Shown: positions 16,197-29,041 of the stretch, piece after piece
Layout: each line of letters starts with the position of its first letter
How positions within the stretch are numbered: position 1 is the stretch's first letter
From: Geosiphon pyriformis uo1
Lineage: Eukaryota > Fungi > Glomeromycota
Length of the DNA stretch: 64,000 nt
Assembly: GCA_016748015.1 (NCBI GenBank)
Contig: JAAOMT010000258.1
Location: 560,173 to 624,172 of the forward strand
Direction of reading: 5' to 3'
Translations under genes and position numbers: made by a program
The notes under the pieces: generated by a model
The model's input: only the letters and a program-made list of their open reading frames with translations
Told to the model about the DNA's origin: nothing
Databases searched by the model: none

Positions 16197-19100
16197 ATGA
16201 GGCGGTTTACTCGACGTCGCGTATCTTATGTCATCACCCATGACCAACACGACCATGGTCATCTGTTGGGAGTTAATTCTTTGGCCCTTGATACTACTAC
16301 TGTCCAACAAAGTGCTGACAAACCCGAAGGGATATTGTATTCTGCAGGACGTGACGGAGTAATTGCTTCCTGGGATTTAAATTTGCGTTTCAAAGAGAGA
16401 AAGACAAGGAGTTCTTTATTGAATGGATCATCATCTAAAGTTAGCATTAGTAACCTCGAAAAACAAGCTGAGGGAGACGAAGGGGACGAAAATGTACCTC
16501 TTGCCCAGAAGTTAAACGAGTATAAAAGTGATTGGGAGCTCAACATTGACGAGCTTTCTACAATGGTAGGCTTAGACGCTCTGCTTCTAGTCTACAAGAC
16601 TTAATTAAAAAACAAGTTCCAACAATTATAATTTACACATCTTAAATTATCTCCCTCTAAGGACTCCCCGCCAAAATCAACCTTTCGTCAATCCTTTCAA
16701 AGCCATACCGATTGGGTCAATGACATAATATTATGCCATAACAATCAAACTCGTAATTACACATCCTTAGCCTCATTGATCGTTTCCCGATATCGAATTT
16801 CATGTTATTTCGTTTTTGTTTACTGTGTTTGAGGTAATCCTTAGTTATATCCGCTTCCTCCGACCGAACATTAAAGCTTTGGCATCCACACAAATCCAAT
16901 AGTCCGGTTAATGTCGGCTATCATACTGATTACATCAAAGCCCTTGCTTATGCCCCTGGTCCTGGCTGGGTGGCTAGTGGTGGATTTGATAGAAAGATAA
17001 TCCTATGGGATATTACTGAATGCAGACCCTCTAGCGAATCGAAACTTAGTATTCCTGTAGAACATTATTTCAAACCTATAGGTAAGGTAATTGCAAAATA
17101 ATCAGCTCATTTTTACACTAAAATAAATTTCAATACCAAGAGCAGATTTTTTGCGCTTCTATTGATTGATCTTTATTCACAAGAAATTGAAGTACCAAAT
17201 GTCTTTCGCCCTTCCCTCCTTACCATCATTGCAAATTGCTTCAAGTTACGATTCCTGAAGCTTCCCCAAAGTCATCTGTGTACGCGCTTGCTTGTAACCC
17301 TTCTGGAACCGTCCTCGTTTCTGGATCTCCTGAAAAGGTATATTAGTTGAACCAAGTCTTATTTTCAAAAGAGCAGAATTTTCAGAGATTTTATAAACTC
17401 TAAGCTAACTTCTAATATTTTATTTCAGATAATTCGCGTATGGGATCCACGTTCAGGCAAACGAATAATAAAATTCACGGGCCACACTGATAATATCAGA
17501 GCTATTTTAGTCAGCGATGACGGAGAACTAGTGAGTTAGTCTAGATATACTATATTGAAACGTCATGTTTGCTACCAACCAAATAATGAAAAGTAAAATT
17601 TTCAGATTTTATCGGGATCTTCAGATACTACTATTAAACTTTGGTCTTTGAGGGCTCAAAGATGCATTAATACTTTCACGATTCATTCTGATTCGGTATG
17701 GACTCTCTTTTCGGATCATCCTCGCCTAGAAACTTTTTATTCAGGGAGCAAAGATGGATTAGTGGCTAGGACTGATTACAGTGGTTATGCCGAGATTTGT
17801 GATGGTGAATGTATAGCCATATGTAAAGAAAATGCGGGAATCGTAAAGGCAAGCTTCTCTATTCATAAGTTCAGTTGGGAAAATATGAATTGAATTTTTA
17901 TATTTTCCGAATTTACTAATTCTACCAGGTTGTTGCGTTGGACAACACCTACGTTTGGACAGCAACATCCAACTCCAGTATCAATCGTTGGGCAAGTTCA
18001 TATTTAAATTACTTATTCTCCTTTCAAATCAATGAATATATTCTGATAACCATTCTGTTTTCTATATTTATCCAGTTAGATGTCCCAAAACATTCACGGG
18101 GTAAAGCTTTTCCCTCATATACACCGGCACCCTCATCGCCTGTTTCTCCCTCTGTTCAGGTCATACCTTCTTCTGCCATTATCAAGCTGACTCATAGCGA
18201 TGTCTCCTATGCGGCATCCAGCACAGATTCAGAAGTTGCAACATTACATTCTTCGGCTACAGATGAAAATCAATATTGTGAAGCCGATTCTGATGATCCA
18301 ATTCCGATAAGGGATAGACCCGAGTTCGTAATTCCAGGTATTGAAAATTGTTTCGAAACAAGAACCTCTGTAATCTTGTTTTATTACATATTTATATATT
18401 GATGGCTTTACATTGATTTTTGGTCATCAGGTCAACACGGGTTAATTAAGCATTGTATATTGAACAATCGCAGACACATTTTGACCCTTGATACTTCTGG
18501 TGAAGTTGCACTTTGGGATATAATAATGGTAATTTCGATATCCGCACTTATTTTTGTCCAAGTGAAAATCCCGCTAAATACATTTTATATCAGTGTATCC
18601 GAATCAAAACTTATGGAAGGTGTAACATGGACGACGTGTATCAAGAAATTAATACCATAGAATCAATACCCAACTGGTGTTCTGTTGACACAAGAGTGGG
18701 GGTAAGTAGCATATGATTTGTATACTCAGTATTGTGACTATTAATAGAATTCTGTAATTGTTATTAATATAATTAAAGGCTCTGACCATTCATTTGGAGG
18801 AGGCTCGCTGCTTTGATGCAGAAATATATGCTGATGAAGTTGGGGTACCAGAAGATCCCGATATTCGAGAAGAGCCGAAAAGTAAAAATGTCGAAAATAT
18901 TTCAAGTTCGATAAATTACGTGCAAATAATCTAAAATTTATTGTTTTTTTTAGTAAATCTTGGCAAATGGGTTTTGCGATATCTTTTCAGTAATTTTTTT
19001 CAGGCGGTATATGCAGCGCATGTTATTCAAAGACATCAATCCGCCAACGAATTACATGCAACACAAAGCCCTCAGTCACCACTACGACCAATTCCACCAC

Positions 19101-20835
19101 ATCATATCTCCTTTCCTCCTGCTACGGTGCACGCAGGTCAATTCGGAGATATGACAAATATGACGGCTAATGCAAACTTATCGATGTTTAACATGAATTT
19201 ACCTGGAGCTAATGTTGCCGCCCCTTCTGCTTCATCTTCAAATGCCATGAATACAGCACCTCACAATAGTCCCCAGTCACCAACTACACCTTTGGCTGCG
19301 TTTACGACTGGTCCATACACTGCTCCAGCAACATCTACCCATGGACGATCAGATTACTTCACAGGCTCTCATCATAGCTCACCAACTAGCCCAACAGGAC
19401 CATCGGGTATGCTGACGCCACCAAATACTACAATGATGGATAGAATGGGATCGGTTGCAACAGGTCAGGTTATACAACCCCCACCTCCAGCATTTGTAAA
19501 CCAAGCATCAAGTAACAACGGATCCTCAAGTTCTGTGATTGGGCGAATCAAACATTCATTTAGTAGTGTTCGTAAGCTGTCTAGATCTCCTAGTAGCGAA
19601 ACAAAAATAGATAATTTTGCTTTGGGAGGGAGTGGAAACTATTCAAATTTAATGAATCTTGCCCCGCAAGTTCCAGAAGGACAAAGTCAGGGAACTACCG
19701 AAGAAGCTAAGGTGCCTCTACTTTATATTCTTGTAGATTAAAATTTTACATTTCATTAAAAACTTTTTCGGATTTTCCTTATCTCTCCTTACAGAATAAT
19801 TCACTCTCTGGTCACACCGCCGAAACAACACCCTTACTCTCGGATATTCCACCGGTGGTTCAACAAAATAACGAACAACCAGAGGTACCAATTCAACCCA
19901 TTCCATTGGGGCATTTCTCTTTACTAGAAAATCCGGAAATCCACATTCCCCCACACACGACAGTAATCATATCAGAAGAATCTCACGAGGCCTCAACTAA
20001 TGTTGACTTGTATCGCGGAACAATGATTTCTCTTGGCACAGACTTTGAAGAAATTCATCAAAAAGCACCGGCATGGCTCATAGAATTTCTTATTAAAGTA
20101 TTACGCGAAACTTGGTCTTATTTTATGATTCTTCTCAACATCTCTTGTTTAAATCATTTTTATTCCATCTGTTCAAGAACAAAGTTCCCCCTAAGGATCA
20201 GGTCAAAGTCAGCTTTGTACTTAAGCCACATGAAGGATCAGACCTTAGCGAGTTAGCCAATGGGTATTAAATTTTTTTGTGATATGTTCTTTAAACAATA
20301 ATAAAATAACTTTATCCAAAAACATTTAGTAATCCTCGGCTGTCAGCGAACAGGATACTTCGCGTGCGAAAAATACTAACTTATGTAGTAGAGAAACTTG
20401 AGCTAGAACATCTTTCGGTTCCTGTAACTACCGATCCCCACCAAAACCGTACTTATTCAGCAGAGGGACGAGACAAACAATTGGAAAGAGAAAGGGAAGA
20501 AGAAATGAAAAGGTTTGAAATCTTAAAACCCGAGATGTGGCTAGAATTGATATGTCAAGATCAGGTAGTTGAAGTAGCTAAGTATTCAAGTATAATATTG
20601 TTATAGTCTGGCAAGAAAATTTTTCGATGGTATTTTCTTTTGTTTGATATAGATATTACCACCCTCGATGACGCTAGCAACAATAAAATCACACATATGG
20701 AAATCGGGGGGAGATTTGGTTATGTATTATCGGTAAGACACTTTAGGCTCAAAATCCTTAAAATGACTTTGCTTCTTAATTTCAATAGTAAATCTTTTTT
20801 TTTCATCCCTTAGCCTACGAATGAAAAGCGTTTAA
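16197..20835 (+). CDS. WDR48: WD-repeat protein WDR48/UAF1 (Duf1/Bun107-like, deubiquitinase activator), multi-exon
   Basis: [101 protein letters not shown]-terminal [37 protein letters not shown]. Stop TAA 20833-20835. Confidence 0.93.
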
Positions 20836-21521
20836 GGGAGAGAAGTAATTTCGATGATAATACTCTTGATTATATAAATATTATTGGGCTTGAAAATTTA
20901 TGATAGTTATATTACTTTATTGTCGTTAATAGTGATGTTCGTCATTTACCAGCTGATTGGAATTTATTATTCCGCTGAGTGCTTAGCTTTGATAGTGTTG
21001 GGGCACTGGAAATCTGGGTATGTGTTTTCCAAACACGAGCTTTAGCGAACTCTGGTGAGCAAAAGGCTATCTCAAGATTTACCGATTAATGTGAAATCTT
21101 CAATTTTATAAATTCTTTTATTAGGCTGTAAAAATAGTAACTTGTGTAATAATGATAAAAAATGGGAAATCGAACAAATGTGACTTAGTCATCTGACAAT
21201 TTTAATTGATAGAAATAACTTTTTCCATAATAATAAAATTAATTTCTCTTGTTTTTTGGCATAACAAAACAAAAATGAAAAATGTTCAAATTTGTACAGT
21301 TAATCTGGCTTCGCCAGTAATTAAGAAGGTTTCATCTCTTCAACTCTATTCAGAGAAACTATTACACTAAAAAATAAAATTCTAATACTTTAGATAAGCG
21401 GAAAAAGAGTAAAGAAAAAACTAATATATATATAGATATAATAAAAGCTATGACAAATCTTTGAATCGGATATTTAATCTCACATTTAGAATATTTTTTG
21501 AATTTACATTGCCAATACTAT

Positions 21522-24500
21522 TCAAAGCCTCAAGGTGACCATGGGGGGCATTCCGTCCTCCTCTCTCACTTGAGAATTGTTCCCTCGAGCAAATCTCCTC
21601 ATTAATCCCGGCTTCCCGATAGCTCTCCCCTGTTTCTCCTTGCCTCCATTGTGTTGTTGTGCATCATGACATATAGGACATGTCGGAGGATTGCCTAAAG
21701 ATCGAAGTAAGGTAGAATGCCTTATCTTTGGCCCAATAGTGTATCCAGCGCTCGTTAGCTTGATTGCATTCTCAGAAGTTGGAGGAACATTATCTTCCAA
21801 AAGACATTTTTCATGGTAAGCATGGCGGCAGAAGAAGATAATAGTTGTAAGGTTCGTTGCTGCGGTTTCTATAGTTATAAATTGAAAAGTAAATAAATTA
21901 TGATGATTAAAATCTACGAAAAATCTTGATTTACCGTCTGAAATAAATATTTCTTGACATATCGAACAGCTCAAGTCGTCTAATAAATAAAAATAAAATG
22001 CGATTTATAAATAAAAATTGAAGTCACATTGAATTTTCAAATAATGGAATTATACCTCCGCATGAAATACCACGTTTCTGCGCACGCTGAAGTTGATCCG
22101 CCATTGCAACGCTGTCACTTACTAAAATTCTTTCACATCCTTCTCGCAATGAAGCCTGTTAGAAATTTTGATCCAGTAGTTAGTAAACTTATAATCAAGA
22201 ATTTTAGCTCGATTTTCTACACTAACTTGTAGATTATAGTCTTGAAGAACTTTTATCAAGGAGTCTTTAAGTTCTGGAATTTCTAAACCCTTAGGAATTT
22301 GATTAATCAAACGGATCGGATCAATGTCAGTACCACCAAGGTTTTCTAACAAGCCTTTGATGAAAACTGTTTTTCCAACGTATTAAAAATTTATTAGATG
22401 ATATAACATTTAAATTAATAAATATTGACATATCAATAGACTCACGAGGCTTGTCCTTAGAATAGGTTAATAGATCTTCCCATAAAACGTCATCCTCTTG
22501 CTCTTTGGCAAAATCAATGGCCTGTTAAACATGTAATTTGTTAAATCGATTGAAAAATCTTTCATGCTGACCGAGTATACCCTAATACTCACTCGTTGGA
22601 CATCTTGAAGTCGTTCAATAATCAACATCAGTGCCTTTTTGTTATTACCCGTACGCCCAAGGATAAAAACCATTTCTGGAACCAAATCACGTTGTTCACA
22701 AACTTTATATGCCTAATTAAAATAGATATGACTGTTTTAGTGATATGAAGAATAATATCATGTTGATAAAAAGCTAGTGGCAAATTATAGTACCTTCTCA
22801 AGTGAAAAATAATTACTGGTTCGCAAAAAATCCATTAGTCGTGAAGCGTCGTACTCTGCATACAATTCTACCTATTTTAATGTGATGCCATCATCAAAAA
22901 ATGTAATTTAAAACCAAAGAGAAATAAATTACCAAAACACCAACCTGCAAATCATGATACTCATAGCCCATATGTGGATCATGTAAGAAAAGAGCATCAA
23001 GATATATGTAAATAAAATAAGGGTGTTTCTGCAACTGTTTGACAACCCGGGAGATCTGTGAGAAGAGTAAATGAATAAGATAACCAGAATGTGACAAATA
23101 TAGAAAGCTGAAATTTCAAGACGGCATACGAACAGGAACTGATTCAGTATTTTGCACAAGAAGTTGCACAGCAGGGCCTTCACTTGGTTTTGTAATAACT
23201 GGTGACTTCGCAGAGTTTTCATTCGATTCTTGGGAATTTTCAGGGGCATCATCTTGCTTTTTCTCTTCAAGTGATAATAAATGTTGGTCGAATTCCATTA
23301 ATAAGACGACTTTATCTTGAACCGACGAGAATAAATTGTATTCTCGGATCAAATCAAAAACATTCGGCCGACGGAGTCGAAGATTATATTCTAAGGCCTT
23401 GTCGGGTTCATGATTATAGGCATATCTGTAATAAAAAATTTTATTTCACGTAAATGAAGTATCTCAAACCTCAAATGTGATAATGGATTTACTTACAATT
23501 CTGCTAAACATTCCATTAAAATGGTATTGTCGCCTTCTTTATGTAAGCTGTCTTCAACCAAAAGGATCACGCTCTGAATGTTATAGATCGTAGGTGGCCA
23601 GCGGGTTATGGTTGCGTAAAGAGCCTAAGGTTTTTAAGGGATCTTATGACTAGTAATGTATTCTTTTTGATCTGATAGGTGAATTAAAGAAAAATCCTTT
23701 AAAAATTGCAATTACCTGGTGATCATGGTTTAGAAAATGTGCTAATACCATTTCATAGACTACGCTGCTCAATTGGGGATTTTTGAAAGGTATATACGGT
23801 GTGATTTCCTAGTAATAAAAAGTTCTTAGTTAATCATAGAATATAGAAGTTTATTAATCTAATAGGTTCCCAACCTTTAAATGCCGATGTTCAGCAAATC
23901 TGAAAATCCAATCATCCCAAAGTTTAGCTTCATCCCAGTGCTTAGAATCTGTCTTAAGAATGGTAGGACAAGCCTTGGCCGCCTTTTCATACTCTCCTTT
24001 AAAAGATAATTAAAATGAATACATCTTCAAATTCTTAAAAATAAAGGATACAATTGATGTTAAAATAATCTTTACCCTCGTCGATCAAGTGAGATAAATA
24101 TTTAAGCCCAACGTCTGTAATGTCATATGCCTTGCTACCTCCGAAAACTTGGGCTTCCCGAAGTGAACTCAGGGCTTCTTCGTATCTCAATCGTTCCAGT
24201 AACCACCCGATATGATCATCAAGATCACGGGGTTTAGCAACCACCAAGTCTTTTGGACTAACCACATAAAACAGATCTTCATCGGAAGGTAAGAAATCGA
24301 GTACATAATCATTTGCTTGATACTCTTGAAAACCATGGAGAGAAATTGCGTCGGCGGAAACTTCTTCGTTGTATTTATTGATTATACGTAATTCTGGTCG
24401 TTTTGCACGCTACATTTAAGAATAATAGCAATTAATGAGCTTCTCCTGGTATTCAAGCCAAATTTAATAATCTACCAACAGGTCTTTTTTGTTGTTCAGG

Positions 24501-25976
24501 ATTGTCGGTCTCCTCATCTTGAATTATATCATCAGTAAGATATGCCATGATGAGAATCATTTCCTGAAAGGGTGCAATTCCACACACAATAAAATCTGTT
24601 CTAAACCTACAGAATGCAAAGAATCATTGAATATTAGGTGCACACACAAATTCAAAGGGTTAATTGAATTAATTGTAAAAGACTTGTACAAGTTAATAAT
24701 TTCAACATATCGCGAAGGTCCTTGAGTACTGGTATCCCTATTTCTCTCCTATGATCATGGTTTTAGATGTAATAAGCCAAAAATAAATTTGGAAAACATA
24801 AAATCTACAAAATCTCTAAGTACACACCTTTACCGCTGCTACTTGCACATTATTAGCCCAACCGATAAGCAACTGGTTATCATTGCGCCAACATAGATGG
24901 CACTTGTAAAGATCGGCTCTGGGACTGTCTTCAGGACGAGAAATATATGTAATGCGTTGCTGTGAAATTACATCATACATTTTCACGCCCTAAATAATGA
25001 CCAACCGGATCGACAAAAATAACTTCATGTGGTAAAATTGATATATATTTGAATTGGAACACTAAAGATTTTTAAGTACCTTGTCATTTGCCCAAGCAAT
25101 CAATGAGCCTCGCCATTCAACTGCGTAAATTGGCCCTTCACCTTTCTGCAATGTAGTATCAACATTTCCGAACCAACCTTGAATTTTATAAATTTTAATT
25201 TTTTGGTTTTGCTAATTTCTCTAATGAAATTTTTGAGAATTGTAACAAACCTTTTTCATGCAATATCAGTTGTCCAGCCATACCGCCAGATACAAATTGA
25301 CCAGTAGACTTTTTGCTAAAGTCTGGATCAAGAGCGACGCATTTTACTGGACGCCGATAATCGTGGCGCTGGACTTCGCTGTTGTAGAGACCATATATCA
25401 CAATTTTCCCTGTTTTTATTTTAATTAGGATTAAATTACCCAGCGAAGAATCCTAACAGCTTTTTCGGAATTAATTTACCATCCATTGAAGCACTGGCTA
25501 CATATTCTCCAGCAGTGTCTATCGAGAGATCATGAACTGTGGCGGTGTGGGCGGCAAAACGTTTGATTTCATTGCCGTCAAAATCCAACAATAATACAGC
25601 ACCATTGTGTGTCCCTAACACCTGGAAAAAGCGATTTTAGCCATCTACTATTAATTATCTTTTTGGCACTTTGAGCATGCAGCGGGCAATTTTGGTTACA
25701 AAGGTTAAGGGTAAAGCTAACCACAAAACGTTCAGAAACAGCCAAAGCACTCGCGGCGTCTTGTGTGAGAATTTCTCCAACACCAGCGCCCAAGCGTTGA
25801 TATTTGAGTTTAGGCTCCTCATCCTCCGAATCCTCGCTCTCGCTCTCTAGTCCCTCTTGTTCAGAGACTTCTTCATAAGACTCCTCGGATTCCTCAGATT
25901 CCTCCTCTACCTCATTAACAGCTGATCCTTCAAACGACTCGCCTTCAACTTGTTCATGAATCCCTTCCGGAAGCAT
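21522..25976 (-). CDS. VPS41: HOPS subunit Vps41 (WD40 + clathrin-repeat + C-terminal RING), multi-exon
   Basis: Acidic N-terminus then EEPKLKYQRL, LGTHNG, ASASMDG, RRPVKCVALDP..FVSGGMAG, VSPKDLVVAKPRDLDDHIGWLL, PEMVFILGRTGNNKKALMLIIERL, IPKGLEIPELKDSLIKVLQDYNLQ, CSIC..FFCRHAYHEKC..CPIC. Confidence 0.95.
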
Positions 25977-28680
25977 GTTGCGGTGATTCTATGATCTGTA
26001 TTGAGAAAGCGAACTTTTAACAATCGAAATTCTCTATAGTCAAAATTATTAATTGATTATAAGAATACAATCTATTAAAAACAAGTTTTATTTTAACTCT
26101 GATTTTTTTTATTAAAAAATACGGTATTTAAGTATATATTTCTTGTCACAAAAATTATTCTTTATTTTTAATATTCAAATAAATTTAAGATATTAGAATT
26201 ATTTATATTAAAATTCAACATAATATTTTACTTGATTTTATTTAAATCTAATTTAATTATATAAACCAAAAATAAAATTTCGATTAATTATATAATAAAC
26301 AATTATTATATTGTTAAAGTTAATTCATAATATATAACAAATCATTATATAATTGCAATAAAAAATAAGTTTATTAGATCCTTGAAAACACATTTTAAGC
26401 TTTAAAAATAAATGAATTAGTTTTATTACATTGAGTTGACCAAATATATTCTTTAAAAATCGTAATAATATTTTTAAATATTGAAATTGAAAAATTTCAT
26501 TCTTAAATCTATAATAATATTTTGAACAAATAAAATGCTGCTTCAATAGTATATCAACGAATAAAGGATGTTCAAAAATTCAAATCTGCAAATTTTACAT
26601 TTTAAGTTTGCCAAAGAGGTAAATGTTGATGACTTGCCATATTTTTATACTTTTCAAATTTTCAGAATTGAATATCTTGTGAAAAGTTGAACAACCATTA
26701 TATTAATTATGCTGAAAAATTCAAAAAAATTGTTGCAAGGTAGAAAACTCTTCCAAAAGCATCAGAAATGCCATTAAAATAAGAAATAAAATTTTCTATT
26801 GCAATTATAAACTTTGGAATTTACAAACCATCATAAAATATAATCTCATTGGATAATCTCATCTAATGTCAAAGCCTAAAATTCAGACATCCATGCAACA
26901 AAATAAATCTTTCGAATCTGAAAAAAAGAGTAATTAATATGTTCAATGACCTGAAGTTCTATCTAGATTTCCAGCTAACTTGGGAAAAAGAGCATATTTA
27001 CATAGAGGCAAAACGCAGTCTTGTAGGAGTTGTCATAAGATTCAGAGGTATTTTGAATTGGCTTTTCCATTAGTACTGCAGCTCTTTTAATGATTTTAAA
27101 ACTTCTAAAGAACGAAAAACTTAATTTATGTCTCTGAGTTGATAAAAATAATTCGACATAATTATATTCCCATAGACAGTAGAAAAAATTTGTGTGCTAT
27201 TTAGAAGTGGAGAGCTGATCTAAAATATTATGAAGATCAATAAATGCCTTTTAATTCATTAAATTTGGGACCTAATTAATTTAAATACTTTTCTAGAGTT
27301 TATATATTCACTCAATTTTGTTTGTGCTATATTTAAATTAATTGGTCATCATTTTAATGTATAATTTTTATATTTTTGTGATAAAATAGCTTTTAAAGCC
27401 CAAATTAAATTCAAATATAATTAAGTTTTTCGACATCTTTTGAAATTAAAATTTGCAATTGAACTTTTATCAAAATATTCAATATAATGGCCAAAAATTA
27501 GATTAGATATTTTTTAAAGAAATTAGGCTAAAAAAATTAATGTTTAATTTTTTTAATAGCTTGTTTTTGTAATTTTTGTTATTTTTTAGTCCTAAATATT
27601 TTACAGAAAAAATTATAAAAGGGCATATTATTTATTAACTTAAAAAAAGCAATTTAAATTTGAAAATTTAGTTTGTATTAATTTTAAATAAATACTTATT
27701 TATTATAAATACATAATTTAATATATTTGGTAACTTTTTAACTCTAAAATTAATAAATTGTATTTATTTTTAAATGTTTATTATTTTGATTATTATTTTA
27801 AATAATAAATTAATTTATTTAAATAATAATTTTGGTAATTTTTTATATAAAAAATGTTTTTGCAATAATTAATATTGAATTTGTTTTCAAAAATGTTGAA
27901 ATACATTTTTTATTAACATTAATTTAAAATTATTTAATATAATTATAATAATTTAATACAAATTAGTTAATGCTGCTTTAATTTGTTTTAGTAATTTTAA
28001 ATTTGCCCAAATTCATAGTTAAAAATTAGAAATAAATAAATAATAATTTAATATTTGTAATTATAAAATTTATATATATTGTTTTTTAAAATAAAATAAT
28101 TAATGTATATTTAATATAAAACATGCTGTTAATTTTTATTTACTTATTATACAAATAAAAAAATAAGATTTTAAAAATATTTAATAAGTTTAATAATATA
28201 ATTTTGTTGATTTTGCCAATTAATATTTAATATTAATGAACTTTTTATTAATTCCTTTGCAAATTACATGTTAAAATTTTAATCTTCTTGAAATAAAACT
28301 TACAGTTATTTTTTTCAATTTTTTGATTATATAATGTTTATTGTTTTCCAATTTAATGAATAAAAATGATTTGTAATTCATGCCAATCTTACATACAAAA
28401 TTCCCAAATTATCAAAAAAAAGCAACAGGACAAAAATGAAAATTTTTTAATAATTAGAAAGTATAGGTTGATCAAATTCCCTAACTAATCGACTTAAATG
28501 TTGAGTTTTAAAAAAAAAATTTTTTGATAAACTCAAATAACTGCATCAATTGAAGAAACATATATATTATAATTAATTCCAGGTTGAATAATAAAGACTC
28601 AAATGCACTTTTGAGTTATTTTAATAAAATTTTATCTCTGATCGGCATTAATATTATATAATAAAATTCTCTGATAGTTA

Positions 28681-29037
28681 CACGGAATTTGAATTAACGC
28701 TTCGTGCTTGAGCTTTTCAAGCCATTTTGAATTACTTAAAGCTTATCAAGCTAGCTTAAATAGGATCGAGCTGATGTTGCAGCTCCATAACATAAATTCT
28801 ACAATTGTTACACACAAAATTTTCGACTTTGAAATATTAACCACATAAGTTTTAAAAGTTAATAAATATTAATAGTGATAAAAATTTTGAAAGTTGAACT
28901 AGTAGAACCAAGCCAAGCTGACAGTTATTAAGCTTTACTCGGCTCAAACCAAGACATTTATTATCATAGCTTGGTTCAAGCCAATTATTTATATTGTGGC
29001 TCGGGTCGAAGCGCGGAGCTTTATTCAAAATTTGGCG
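28681..29037. mobile_element. Putative MITE-like element with imperfect ~25-30 bp terminal inverted repeats
   Basis: Left tttgaattaacgcttcgtgctt vs reverse complement of the right end tttgaataaagctccgcgctt. Internal AAGC/CCAAG/GGCTC repeats. No clear target-site duplication. Confidence 0.45.
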
Positions 29038-29041
29038 AGAT

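Noticed and set aside
9485-20835. ATP12-RSM24 and RAD3-WDR48 as functional gene clusters
   Set aside because: Pairs of broadly related housekeeping genes are expected by chance in a compact region, and there is no synteny evidence available here.
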